The position numbers were made by a program, and so were the translations under genes. A stretch of DNA of 63,752 nt, counting the filler, from Lama guanicoe (Eukaryota), in NCBI GenBank assembly GCA_013239625.1. It is 181 parts of 181 records of this genome, joined end to end, with 100 filler letters (N's around TTAATTAATTAA, not from the genome) between each part and the next. Parts side by side here need not be neighbours in the genome. Positions count along the whole stretch, not along the records: positions 1 to 252 come from PNXV01048714.1; positions 353 to 604 come from PNXV01048715.1; positions 705 to 956 come from PNXV01048716.1; positions 1,057 to 1,308 come from PNXV01048717.1; positions 1,409 to 1,660 come from PNXV01048718.1; positions 1,761 to 2,012 come from PNXV01048719.1; positions 2,113 to 2,364 come from PNXV01048720.1; positions 2,465 to 2,716 come from PNXV01048721.1; 173 more parts are not named here. One strand, written 5' to 3'. A model generated the notes under the pieces. It was not told the origin of the DNA and made no database searches. It saw only the letters and a list, made by a program, of their open reading frames with translations. Of this stretch, positions 1 to 11,868 are shown piece by piece (the first letter of the stretch is position 1; each line of letters starts with the position of its first letter).

Positions 1-1195
1 CTTTCTTTTCGTTTGTTCGTTTCTCTTAATCTTGTGGGAAAATATGGCCATTCCCCCAAAACAGAGGCCAACTAAAAGGCGCTCCGCCATCCTTTCACTC
101 TGAATCAGACGCAGTAACAGGATACACCTGCGCTGCTAGCGGGCCTCTTCCACCCCCGAGGAAGCGAGGGCCCTTTCGACGCCCCCACGGCCCCCGGTCC
201 TGCTCCTGGCTCAGCCTGGACATGCACGAGTTTTGCCTGCAGCCAACAGCAANNNNNNNNNNNNNNNNNNNNNNNNNNNNNNNNNNNNNNNNNNNNTTAA
301 TTAATTAANNNNNNNNNNNNNNNNNNNNNNNNNNNNNNNNNNNNNNNNNNNNTTGCCTTGAAGCTGCTTTGCTAGCAGGAATCTGCTACAAACTGTCTCC
401 TCACCGTAAAAAGCAGAGACTTGCTTTGCTTGCTTTGCTCAGTTCGAGGTCATAGATTCAGGGCTGTTTGTGCTTATGGAAAACCCTAACTCATCCACTC
501 GTCCCTTTCCCTGACTGGCAGGACACGCTTTGCTTATCAGGCGTAGGTGGATAGCGTAGGCTGCTCTTGCTCACAGAAGACTGCGACTTAGCCCTTAGCT
601 GGGANNNNNNNNNNNNNNNNNNNNNNNNNNNNNNNNNNNNNNNNNNNNTTAATTAATTAANNNNNNNNNNNNNNNNNNNNNNNNNNNNNNNNNNNNNNNN
701 NNNNAGCATCGAAGACTCCAGGCAGTTGAGGGAGGTAGGTAGGCCGGTAAACGTGGGAAGAACGTTTCAGGGACGTGCTATCTGCGGGAGCTCCACGTGG
801 TACTGGGAAATGGGGCAGGGTTTGCTGACCTTCAACTCCACCCAGATGCCGATGACCCTCCCCTTGTCCACGACGCTGATACCCTTAACTTGGTCCTGGA
901 CGCTAAAGCCCACTCTGATCCTAACCCTTGATTCTCCCTGATTCTACCCACAACTCNNNNNNNNNNNNNNNNNNNNNNNNNNNNNNNNNNNNNNNNNNNN
1001 TTAATTAATTAANNNNNNNNNNNNNNNNNNNNNNNNNNNNNNNNNNNNNNNNNNNNAATGTGCACAATCAGCTCTTACAAGCTAGTGCAAGCTGCCTAGT
1101 GCACACCGTGTCTCATGGACACCCCACTCGTGGTGGCCTTCTGAGATTAAATCCTATTTTAGGAAAGTAAAGGATTCAAATTCTAGGTGTCTCCC

Positions 1196-1308
1196 TGTTG
1201 CCGAAACATGGCCTCCATACCCCGACTACCGAATTGAGACTCGAGGACAGAGTTTTGGGTGAAGTAGAGAAGGCATTTCTTTGCAAGGCAAAGGAGGTTG
1301 GTCACAGT
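1196..1308 (-). mobile_element. ERV1-type LTR 3' end (cetartiodactyl family)
   Basis: TGTTGCCGAAAC...GACAGAGTTTTGGGTGAAGTAGA...GGCAAAGG resembles the antisense U5 end of artiodactyl ERV1 LTRs as I recall them. Confidence 0.55.
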
Positions 1309-1494
1309 NNNNNNNNNNNNNNNNNNNNNNNNNNNNNNNNNNNNNNNNNNNNTTAATTAATTAANNNNNNNNNNNNNNNNNNNNNNNNNNNNNNNNNNNN
1401 NNNNNNNNGTCCCAGTATATTAGACTGGGAAATGCAAGAGATTTGCAGTTAGATAAGTTGGAATTTCCTTGATTTTCTTATGGTTAAAATGAGT

Positions 1495-1660
1495 GTCCTG
1501 GAGGAAAAACGTTTCCTCTACCCTCTTAGTCTGGTGCTTGGGGACTGCAAACTAACAAAAGATTAACAGGAGAAAAAGCACATAACTTTTATTAACTTTT
1601 ACATGCACGGGAGGTCACAGAAAAAAAGTGAAACTCAGAAATTATTAGACTTGGGCTTAT
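1495..1660 (-). mobile_element. ERV1-type LTR fragment (MER34/MER89-like)
   Basis: TTTCCTCTACCCTCTTAG...AAGATTAACAGGAGAAAAAGCACA...GTGAAACTCA...TTAGACTTGGG motif series. Confidence 0.5.
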
Positions 1661-3168
1661 NNNNNNNNNNNNNNNNNNNNNNNNNNNNNNNNNNNNNNNN
1701 NNNNTTAATTAATTAANNNNNNNNNNNNNNNNNNNNNNNNNNNNNNNNNNNNNNNNNNNNGAGGCTGTGAAGAGGGGGTTTATTGCTGCTGTATTGAGGA
1801 ACCTGTCACTCAGTTTAGAAGCTGCTTCCAGAGCAGGACAATCTCCACCGTAATTGAAGGAGTGGAAGGTAAATTGAGCTTAATTATTAACATAATGATT
1901 GATGGTTTTGATCTACTCAACAAAGTAATAGTCTTAATTCAAATCCATGTGTTAATTTGGCTTTTTAGGTTAAAGTACAGGCTAAATTGCCTTGAGACTG
2001 TGATGGAACTGGNNNNNNNNNNNNNNNNNNNNNNNNNNNNNNNNNNNNNNNNNNNNTTAATTAATTAANNNNNNNNNNNNNNNNNNNNNNNNNNNNNNNN
2101 NNNNNNNNNNNNGAGCCGGGGGGCAGTAGCAGCACCAAAGGAAAACACTACCACAGAGGGGAGACTTCTGTCCTCGGTGGCAGAGGCTAATTCCCGGCGC
2201 GGAGTGGGGCAGAGGGTGAAGCTAAGACAAGAGGTGAACGCAGCTGCCCGGGCACCTGCGGCAAGGAGGCGGTGAGCGGGGGAGGGGCGGCGCCCTAAGG
2301 TTGCACACGCACAATGGATCTGGAGGGATCGGAACACAACAGAACTGAGCCGCTCCCTGCAGCCNNNNNNNNNNNNNNNNNNNNNNNNNNNNNNNNNNNN
2401 NNNNNNNNTTAATTAATTAANNNNNNNNNNNNNNNNNNNNNNNNNNNNNNNNNNNNNNNNNNNNTACCAGGAGTATACTCAGTATTCACTCAAGTGTGTA
2501 GTCTCCAGGTGTGCTCCCAAAGGAATGCTTTTTAACAAAACAGTGGTCTTATACTTTGAATATTCTGTATTTTTCTATTGCTCATATAAACTCTATTTTA
2601 CTTTCTTCTTTAATAGAGGTGTTAGTGATTAAGGTTGCACCGAGGTTTGAAGACATCTCTGTAAGCCGGTAGGATTTTATGGATTTTTAAAAATTACATG
2701 TTGACTGAGGGAACACNNNNNNNNNNNNNNNNNNNNNNNNNNNNNNNNNNNNNNNNNNNNTTAATTAATTAANNNNNNNNNNNNNNNNNNNNNNNNNNNN
2801 NNNNNNNNNNNNNNNNACCAAAAACAAGCTAACCATCTCCTGCAAGGTGTATGCCAAGTTCATTTATCTATTTTTAGGTGATGTTCTTTGCTCTTTTCAC
2901 TGGGTCACACTCTCCCATCGAAACCTATTTCTTATCTCCTGAAATGCAATGAGATAAAAGCCTGATGAATGTTAGCACAGCTTATTACATGCAGGCAAAT
3001 GGGAATTGAGAGCTTAAAATGGTTAATGTGTCCATAAATACATTGATATCAAAATGAAAAAGAAAATTNNNNNNNNNNNNNNNNNNNNNNNNNNNNNNNN
3101 NNNNNNNNNNNNTTAATTAATTAANNNNNNNNNNNNNNNNNNNNNNNNNNNNNNNNNNNNNNNNNNNN

Positions 3169-3295
3169 AATTCTGTAGATGGATGATGGTCACACAACAG
3201 AGTGAATATATTGAATACCACTCAACTGTACACCTAAAAATGGTTAAAGTGATAAATTTTATGTTATGTGTATTTCAACTACAACAGAAAAAAAA
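3169..3295 (+). mobile_element. old L1 (L1MB/MC) 3' end
   Basis: AACTGTACACCTAAAAATGGTTAAAGTGATAAATTTTATGTTATGTGTATTT followed by an A tail. Confidence 0.85.
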
Positions 3296-4299
3296 TTTTT
3301 GAAGAGAAAAAAAGGTAATGATTTCACCTGGGCCTAGGTGTGTGAGGGTTGTCGCCGTGTGTGATTTGCTCTTGGTGCTGGATGGTACAAGCTAACAGAG
3401 TGATCACAGTGAGGTTCGTGNNNNNNNNNNNNNNNNNNNNNNNNNNNNNNNNNNNNNNNNNNNNTTAATTAATTAANNNNNNNNNNNNNNNNNNNNNNNN
3501 NNNNNNNNNNNNNNNNNNNNTTAGGTTTTATCTTCGGACACTGAAATGAATACTCATATATATTAAAATGGGCTTGTGCCGTGACATGGCAAATGCCCGT
3601 TAAAGGCGCGGAGTCTGGGCTAACGCTGGCTTTGTCCCTCCAGGGTCTCTCTCGTCACACACTTTTCCATTACAGACCCTTAAGTTCCAGTGTTTTTTTG
3701 TTGAAATATATTAATTTAATCTTCTGGATCTGGGAGAGAAACTGAAACCAGCTAGCCTTGGGCAATTGCTTTNNNNNNNNNNNNNNNNNNNNNNNNNNNN
3801 NNNNNNNNNNNNNNNNTTAATTAATTAANNNNNNNNNNNNNNNNNNNNNNNNNNNNNNNNNNNNNNNNNNNNCTCTCAAGGGGAGAGCAGGCAGGCTGAG
3901 GTGAGCGGCTGCCCTGAGTTTTTTTGGCGAGTTGGTTACATAGGGTGTAAAAATGAACGAGCAGAATCTTCACTGGGGAGGGAAAGGTTTGGGGTTTGGG
4001 GTCGTGTTCTCGGATCTCCATCCCAGCTCCACCTTCCCAAAGGGAGGAGGGATTTTAGTCCTTATTTAGTCTGGGTCAGAAGTGTCATGGCATCAGTGCA
4101 TGATGGGTACTTCTAATCTGCAAGNNNNNNNNNNNNNNNNNNNNNNNNNNNNNNNNNNNNNNNNNNNNTTAATTAATTAANNNNNNNNNNNNNNNNNNNN
4201 NNNNNNNNNNNNNNNNNNNNNNNNCTGGAAGGTTTTGTCAAGGAAACGTTAAATGTGGATGCTTTAGAGAATTAAACGTAATTACTCTGGGTTTTTCCT

Positions 4300-4476
4300 T
4301 TTTTTATTTTGTTAACAGCTTTTCTGAGGTGTCACTGATATACAAAAAAACTAGCATATATTTAACGTCTACACTTTGCTGGGGTGGAACCTGTGCATGC
4401 ACCCTTGAAACCATGGCCACAATTAAAGTGATAAACACACCCATCAGCTCCAGAACTTTCCTCTTGCCTCTCCCCC
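4300..4476 (-). mobile_element. old L1 (L1MC-like) 3' end
   Basis: T-run, then AACAGCTTTTCTGAGG...GAAACCATGGCCACAATTAAAGTGATAAACACACCCATCA. Confidence 0.75.
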
Positions 4477-4576
4477 NNNNNNNNNNNNNNNNNNNNNNNN
4501 NNNNNNNNNNNNNNNNNNNNTTAATTAATTAANNNNNNNNNNNNNNNNNNNNNNNNNNNNNNNNNNNNNNNNNNNN

Positions 4577-4828
4577 TATAGCCATTATGGAAAACATTAC
4601 AGTAGTTCCTCAAAATTAGAACTACCACATGGTCCAGCAGTCTCACACCTGGATATATATGCATAGAAAATTAAATCAGTATCTCAGATAGATATCTACA
4701 CCCACATATTCTTTGCAGCATTATTCAAAATAGACAAGATACGGAAACAACCTAAAATTCTTTGGTGGATAAATGGATGTGATGGAATATTATTCAGCCA
4801 TAACAAAGAAAGAAATCCTCCCATTTGA
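4577..4828 (+). mobile_element. L1 ORF2 C-terminus/3' UTR, degenerate
   Basis: GCCATTATGGAAAACA...GCAGCATTATTCA...GGAATATTATTCAGCCAT. Confidence 0.9.
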
Positions 4829-5299
4829 NNNNNNNNNNNNNNNNNNNNNNNNNNNNNNNNNNNNNNNNNNNNTTAATTAATTAANNNNNNNNNNNNNNNN
4901 NNNNNNNNNNNNNNNNNNNNNNNNNNNNTTCTACCCTGTATATCATGTATGAGAAATAAATAGCTGGAAAGATGGGGTAGATTATGTATAAAAATAAACA
5001 CATGGAATGTGTATTATAGATGAAATAACTTTGCCCAGTCCTAGAACTTTATTTCAGAGAATGTTTGTCCTGGAACAATAATTTTATGCTAAAATAGATG
5101 TGTTTTCTATAATCTCTCAAATCTTAAAAATCAAAAATTATTTCCTAGGCTATTTCTAAGTACTGCAGACATTCTGTAATNNNNNNNNNNNNNNNNNNNN
5201 NNNNNNNNNNNNNNNNNNNNNNNNTTAATTAATTAANNNNNNNNNNNNNNNNNNNNNNNNNNNNNNNNNNNNNNNNNNNNGTGGCTCAGGGACAAGGAG

Positions 5300-5430
5300 C
5301 AGATTTATCACCTGGGAGCTTGTCAGAAACATAGAATGTTGGACCTCACCTTAGACTTACCGAATCATAATGTGCATTTTATGAAATCAGCAGGGGATTC
5401 ATAGAAGCAGTAACATGTGAGAGGCCCTGA
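5300..5430. mobile_element. MER5A-like hAT-Charlie element
   Basis: ATCACCTGGGAGCTTGTCAGAAA...GACTTACCGAATCA...TGCATTTTA. Confidence 0.65.
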
Positions 5431-5659
5431 TGGGCTGACGCCTGAGAGGCAGTAGTGGGAGTGTGACCCTGAATGAAGCAGATGAGCGATATAAGAGAAC
5501 AAGAGTGCTGACGCTCAGCACTGAAGTGAGATNNNNNNNNNNNNNNNNNNNNNNNNNNNNNNNNNNNNNNNNNNNNTTAATTAATTAANNNNNNNNNNNN
5601 NNNNNNNNNNNNNNNNNNNNNNNNNNNNNNNNTAATAATAAATGTGTATGTACTTGTTA

Positions 5660-5770
5660 TGTTCTTCTAGCAGAATGAAAACCCATGGAAGGGACCATTT
5701 TGATCTGCTTTGTTAATTATTCTAGCTCCAGTACCTAGAAGAGCCTCTGGCACATAATAATGTCCTGTTT
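5660..5770 (+). mobile_element. L2 3' end
   Basis: CCAGTACCTAGAAGAGCCTCTGGCACATAATAAATG. Confidence 0.55.
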
Positions 5771-8323
5771 ACCATACCAGTAATCAACTTTGGGGAAAAA
5801 AGCTATTTATGAAATTGCTCTTTCAATACTGTTTTATGAAAATCTTAATATCTACTCTGAAAATACCACAATATTCCTTTAATGNNNNNNNNNNNNNNNN
5901 NNNNNNNNNNNNNNNNNNNNNNNNNNNNTTAATTAATTAANNNNNNNNNNNNNNNNNNNNNNNNNNNNNNNNNNNNNNNNNNNNTCAGAGAAAAACAAAT
6001 GAGAAAAATAAAAAGAAACTGGAAGCAAATATGTCAGTTTCCAGAACAAACAGACGACCAGGACAGAGTCACTGAGGCATGGACGAGATGAAAAGAAGCC
6101 ATGGCAACCATGCAAACGCAGGGCATCCAGGAGAGAGAGGGAAAGCAGGTGGGGGAGAGCACTCATGTCGGCAGGAGACAGACCGACAGCCCAACCAGAA
6201 ACGAGACTGGCCAGAAATGGCCTGAAGCTGTAGGACNNNNNNNNNNNNNNNNNNNNNNNNNNNNNNNNNNNNNNNNNNNNTTAATTAATTAANNNNNNNN
6301 NNNNNNNNNNNNNNNNNNNNNNNNNNNNNNNNNNNNTAAGGTGAGGTCACTGGTTGAAGGGTTTCAGAAAGAAGCTGCCGATACCGAAGAAACCAGCAAA
6401 TTCTTAATCACGGAATTTATAAACCAAGGGGATTTCAGGGGAGATGAGCCTACTCCTGCCATTTTACTGCTAATAATGATAAAGAGGAGGGAGAAAATGA
6501 CGGTTAACATTCTCCATCTTCCATACGCAGGCCTTGTGCTATTTCACTTAATCCAGTGAGCTAGGTACAGGTTTTATCCCCATTTTATNNNNNNNNNNNN
6601 NNNNNNNNNNNNNNNNNNNNNNNNNNNNNNNNTTAATTAATTAANNNNNNNNNNNNNNNNNNNNNNNNNNNNNNNNNNNNNNNNNNNNAATATGGGTCCA
6701 CGGAAGGAAATGCACTTTTCAAAGGTCTTGGTTATTTTAAATGTAATCAGGCGAGAGTTTAAGTGGTAAAAGGACTGTAGAAAAGGCGACACAAACTGCA
6801 AATAACCCATAGCTGAGTGAGCAGTGGTCTCAAGAAGCACCTCTTCTCTGAGAACCAAGAACACACTGGACATTAGCAGCTTCTTTCCTCTGTGAGATCT
6901 GGCCCACTCTCCCCCTCCTTCCCATCCAAACTCTTTCCTCNNNNNNNNNNNNNNNNNNNNNNNNNNNNNNNNNNNNNNNNNNNNTTAATTAATTAANNNN
7001 NNNNNNNNNNNNNNNNNNNNNNNNNNNNNNNNNNNNNNNNCGAACCCTGCAGGCAGCTTCCCAGAGTTCCAAGGAGCAGCAGCCACCTGCGGGCAGCCTC
7101 CCCTGGCCCCACAGAGTGCTCTCCCCAGCACATCACCCTATCATGCTGATTTCCAGCAAGTTCCACAGAGCAGCTCCTCAGTAAATTTCTCTGAACACTC
7201 TGGTGAGGTCTGGACCTCAGCCCTGTAAGTAGTGACTTCCCTGTCTGCTCTTCTTACAGTCTTCAGATTTCTCTTCCTCTCCTTAGGAGATANNNNNNNN
7301 NNNNNNNNNNNNNNNNNNNNNNNNNNNNNNNNNNNNTTAATTAATTAANNNNNNNNNNNNNNNNNNNNNNNNNNNNNNNNNNNNNNNNNNNNTTTGAAGA
7401 AGTGGTAGAGATTTTGGAAGTATTTTTCAGGGTTTGGTACAGAACTGCCTTGGAAATAGTTATCACAATAATTTTTAGTTTTAAAAATGCTATGTTACTA
7501 TTTAAAATTTTATTTCTAATTTTATTTGATTGTAATTACAGAGTATAGTCTGTACAAGTTATACTGTAAAGTTTTTATTAGTATTTTTTTTGCTGCATTT
7601 GGCAGATACTTCAAGAAAGTTTACTCATATATTTAAATCTTTATNNNNNNNNNNNNNNNNNNNNNNNNNNNNNNNNNNNNNNNNNNNNTTAATTAATTAA
7701 NNNNNNNNNNNNNNNNNNNNNNNNNNNNNNNNNNNNNNNNNNNNTGTGCAGTGAGAGAGGAGCAGGAGCAGGAGAGGAGTCCAGGCCATGGTGTTCACAG
7801 CCCTCTGGTCCCCACGCTGAGATTGGGCTGCACCAGGCCTCGTTTTCTTGCCAGCCTCTGCCAGAGAAGGGGTGGCCCATGCAAATGAGTGTCACCCCAG
7901 GGACCGCCCAGCCCCTCCCTCAGTCCCCATGCTGGAGCTCAGCTCACAGCCCAGACTCGGAGGAGATGGAGGGTGGCCTCCCCCTTGGGAGACCCTNNNN
8001 NNNNNNNNNNNNNNNNNNNNNNNNNNNNNNNNNNNNNNNNTTAATTAATTAANNNNNNNNNNNNNNNNNNNNNNNNNNNNNNNNNNNNNNNNNNNNTCAG
8101 GGTTACAGGATGCTCGAATACTTTCTTGGAAACTCTGTAATGATTAAAATCAAATTGCATTCCCTCCAGTTCTTTATGTTTTGCTGTCTTCTCAGAGTTT
8201 TTATTTTTTGAAGGGTGGCACAACTACTTTTTCACGATTTCACATTTTTTGAGATCTTGAGGATAGTACACAAAGAAACATTTCCTGACTACGAGAATGC
8301 TGAGAGAGAGTAAAAGATCTATT

Positions 8324-8348
8324 TGTCTGTCTGTCTGTCTGTCTGTCT
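8324..8348 (+). repeat. (TGTC)n microsatellite at contig end
   Basis: About 6 perfect units, directly visible. Confidence 0.95.
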
Positions 8349-8448
8349 NNNNNNNNNNNNNNNNNNNNNNNNNNNNNNNNNNNNNNNNNNNNTTAATTAA
8401 TTAANNNNNNNNNNNNNNNNNNNNNNNNNNNNNNNNNNNNNNNNNNNN

Positions 8449-8640
8449 CCCCGCTGCCTGGGCTGTAATCCTGGCTGGGCCACTCACTAGCGGTGTGACT
8501 TTGAGATGTCACTTCACCTCTCTGTGCCTCAGTTTCCCCACCTCCTTCCTAAGGTTGTTGTGAGAATTAGATGAGTTAATATTTGTAAAGTGCTTAGAAT
8601 AGTGCCTGGCATGTATCAAGTGCTCAGTAAAAGTTGGTTT
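8449..8640 (+). mobile_element. MIR SINE
   Basis: Core CACTTCACCTCTCTGTGCCTCAGTTTCCCCA and tail GTAAAGTGCTTAGAATAGTGCCTGGCA. Confidence 0.9.
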
Positions 8641-9152
8641 AAAGTCTACATAATTTTAGAAACCTAGGGCAAGTGTTTGTAAGCAGGGTGTTGGAAATAG
8701 NNNNNNNNNNNNNNNNNNNNNNNNNNNNNNNNNNNNNNNNNNNNTTAATTAATTAANNNNNNNNNNNNNNNNNNNNNNNNNNNNNNNNNNNNNNNNNNNN
8801 CTGTGGGCTCTCGCATTCCTTCGGCATGGAAGTCCAGATGTGTTCGCATAGCAGGCTCAAGGGTTCAAGTGAAAGCAGGACAGGTAGAGAAAAAGTAATG
8901 CAAGGAGGCATCTTGAGCCCTAGACTCAGAATCAACACAATATTCATTCTGCCATGTTCCATAGGCAAAACAAGTCAACAATCTTTTGTTTAAGTCTTTG
9001 ATATACTTTGAGTTGATTTTTGTGTATGGTATAGGGGAGTGTTCTAGCTTCANNNNNNNNNNNNNNNNNNNNNNNNNNNNNNNNNNNNNNNNNNNNTTAA
9101 TTAATTAANNNNNNNNNNNNNNNNNNNNNNNNNNNNNNNNNNNNNNNNNNNN

Positions 9153-9404
9153 TCTTCACAGTATCTTCACCAGGAGTAGAATCCATCTCAGGAAACCCTG
9201 TCCTTTGCTCATCCATGAAGAAGAAACTTCTCATTCATTAAAAGTTGATGTGAGATTGCAGCAATTCAGTCATACCTTTAGGTTTTACTTCTAATTCTCC
9301 TGCGATTTCCACCATGTCTGTAGTTCCTTCCTCCACTGAAGTCTGAAACCCCTCAAAGTCATCCATGAGAGTTGCAATCAACTTCTACCAAACTCCAGCT
9401 AATG
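9153..9404 (-). mobile_element. Tigger1 transposase 3' region, degenerate
   Basis: Reverse strand reads GAGTTTGGTAGAAGTTGATTGCAACTCTCATGGATGACTTTGAGGGGTTTCAGACTTCAGTGGAGGAAG...GGATTCTACTCCTGGTGAAGA, matching the Tigger1 consensus as recalled. Confidence 0.9.
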
Positions 9405-9504
9405 NNNNNNNNNNNNNNNNNNNNNNNNNNNNNNNNNNNNNNNNNNNNTTAATTAATTAANNNNNNNNNNNNNNNNNNNNNNNNNNNNNNNNNNNNNNNN
9501 NNNN

Positions 9505-9756
9505 AACTACTGGACACAGCAGCCCTTCCTGCTCCACCCTGGGCCCCTTCCCACACTGAAGCCCCTTCTACAACATAAGGCAGCTGATGTCCCTCTCCTG
9601 CATTCCACCCTTCACAAGCTCCCTACACACTCAGAATGGCTGAGTGGTCTAGAAGGCTCTGTGTGGTCTGGTCTCATATAGTCACACTGAATTTGTCTTC
9701 TGCCACCTTCTCCTCACTCCCTCCCTTCCAGCCACTCTGTCGTTGCTATTCTTTGA
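9505..9756 (+). mobile_element. L2 fragment
   Basis: C/T-rich L2 3' region pattern (CTCACTCC...CCAGCCACTCTG...GCTATTCTTTGA). Confidence 0.5.
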
Positions 9757-9856
9757 NNNNNNNNNNNNNNNNNNNNNNNNNNNNNNNNNNNNNNNNNNNN
9801 TTAATTAATTAANNNNNNNNNNNNNNNNNNNNNNNNNNNNNNNNNNNNNNNNNNNN

Positions 9857-10108
9857 AAGCACACGAAAAGATGCTCAACATCATTAGTCACTGGAGAAAT
9901 GCAAATCAAAGCCACAATGAGACACTACTTGACACCTGCCAGGATGGTCATAATTAAAAAAACAAACAGAAAATAACAAATGCTGATGAGGATGTAGATG
10001 TATTAGAACTGTAACTCACATACACTGCTGCTGGGAACATGAAATGGTGTAGCAGCTGCGGGGAACAATTCAACAGTTTCTCAAAAAGTTAAACAGTTAC
10101 CACGTGAC
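9857..10108 (+). mobile_element. L1 ORF2 C-terminal region, degenerate
   Basis: AAAAGATGCTCAACATCATTAGTCA...GAAATGCAAATCAAAGCCACAATGAGA. Confidence 0.92.
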
Positions 10109-10560
10109 NNNNNNNNNNNNNNNNNNNNNNNNNNNNNNNNNNNNNNNNNNNNTTAATTAATTAANNNNNNNNNNNNNNNNNNNNNNNNNNNNNNNNNNNN
10201 NNNNNNNNAATTACCAGAGAAATTTGTACTTGGCATTCGAGTCTCATTTCTCCTGTATCATTGAGCAAAAATCAATAGGCTTTTGCCCAAAGTTTCTCCT
10301 TTACCCTTAAATTCTCCAGTGAATACAAACACTTTTTACTGGATAAAGGAGATGTTAATGAAATTTTTCCAGCTTTGCAATCTATTGAAATCCCTGCAAT
10401 TCATTTTATGGTCTAAAACCATACTGCTGTGATTTCTGTAAATGAGAAGTAGAGAACATANNNNNNNNNNNNNNNNNNNNNNNNNNNNNNNNNNNNNNNN
10501 NNNNTTAATTAATTAANNNNNNNNNNNNNNNNNNNNNNNNNNNNNNNNNNNNNNNNNNNN

Positions 10561-10812
10561 GATTTTTTGTTTATCACAAATATAGGAGAATTCCAAGAAT
10601 TAGAAGGAGCTATGTAGCCACGATCAAGTTGTTCCTGCACCAATTGTTCCGCGGCCTCAATCTTTTCTTTTGTAAGGGGCCATTGATCAACCCACACAGG
10701 CTCATCAGATTTCCATGTTATGGGGTCGGCATGGGTTGCAGGATAATCAAAGGCACATGCTAAAATTATCCAAGACCTGTGCCTGCATAATTAGGATTGG
10801 GTATAATAGGTT
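10561..10812 (-). mobile_element. Endogenous betaretrovirus (class II ERV) pro-pol junction: pro G-patch tail and RT N-terminus
   Basis: pro frame [15 protein letters not shown] (10810-10760). The -1 frame 10760-10563 reads [66 protein letters not shown], closely resembling the MPMV/JSRV RT start ([17 protein letters not shown]...WNxPIFVIKKKS). Confidence 0.95.
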
Positions 10813-10912
10813 NNNNNNNNNNNNNNNNNNNNNNNNNNNNNNNNNNNNNNNNNNNNTTAATTAATTAANNNNNNNNNNNNNNNNNNNNNNNNNNNNNNNN
10901 NNNNNNNNNNNN

Positions 10913-11164
10913 TTCCTCTGCCCATTTTACAATCAGATTTTTGTTTTGTTCTGTTTTACTGGTTATTGAATTGTGTGGCTTTTTTGTGCATTTTGGGTAA
11001 CAACTCCTAATCCGGTGTTTGGTGTGCATGTGTTCTGTTCCATTCCACAAGTCGCCTTTTCAGTTTTGCTGATTGTGTCTTCTGATGTGCGGAAGCTGCT
11101 CAGTTTGATGAAGTACTACCAGTTTGATTTTTGCTTTTCTTGCTGTGCTTTTGGTGTCATTTCC
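10913..11164 (-). mobile_element. L1 ORF2 fragment
   Basis: TCCTCTGCCCATTTT...GATGTGCGGAAGCT...AGTTTGATG...TGTGCTTTTGGTGTCAT. Confidence 0.88.
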
Positions 11165-11616
11165 NNNNNNNNNNNNNNNNNNNNNNNNNNNNNNNNNNNN
11201 NNNNNNNNTTAATTAATTAANNNNNNNNNNNNNNNNNNNNNNNNNNNNNNNNNNNNNNNNNNNNAGCTGTCTACCTCAAATAATTTAAATATTCTCTCTG
11301 GAATATCAAGACTTATCTTTTAAGAAAGTAAGTGAATTTTTCCATTCTGTTTTCAGAGGAACAGGGTAAGCTGTGTTGTATTGCAGGTGACACACCTCAC
11401 CATTCTCATGATATTCATACCTTTCTCAGCCCCTTCATATAATTTCTACCTCCCTTGATACCCAGGCAGCTAGATGTGACTTGTAGGACACTGAAGACAT
11501 GTCCATTGCCAAAGAANNNNNNNNNNNNNNNNNNNNNNNNNNNNNNNNNNNNNNNNNNNNTTAATTAATTAANNNNNNNNNNNNNNNNNNNNNNNNNNNN
11601 NNNNNNNNNNNNNNNN

Positions 11617-11868
11617 TGGACAGCTACGTGCATGAGAAGCAAGCTGGACTACTTCCTCACACCAGATACAAAGATAAACTCAAGGCAGATTAAAGACAAA
11701 AATGTGAGACCTGAACCCGTAAAACTCCCAGAAGAAGACACAGGCAGTGTGCTCTTTGCCACCGGGCTTTTGCATATGTCCCCTCAGGCAAGGGAAACAA
11801 AAGCAAAGGTAACCAAACGGGAAAACATGCAGCCAAAAAGCTTTTGCACAGCAAAGGAAACAGTCAGC
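11617..11868 (+). mobile_element. L1 ORF2 fragment
   Basis: Translates KLDYFLTPDTKINSRQIKDKNVRPE...KSFCTAKET. Confidence 0.92.

Noticed and set aside
1..956. Promoter, LTR or satellite identity for the first three contigs
   Set aside because: Only isolated motifs (CCGCCAT, CCCTAAC) are present; no family could be recognised
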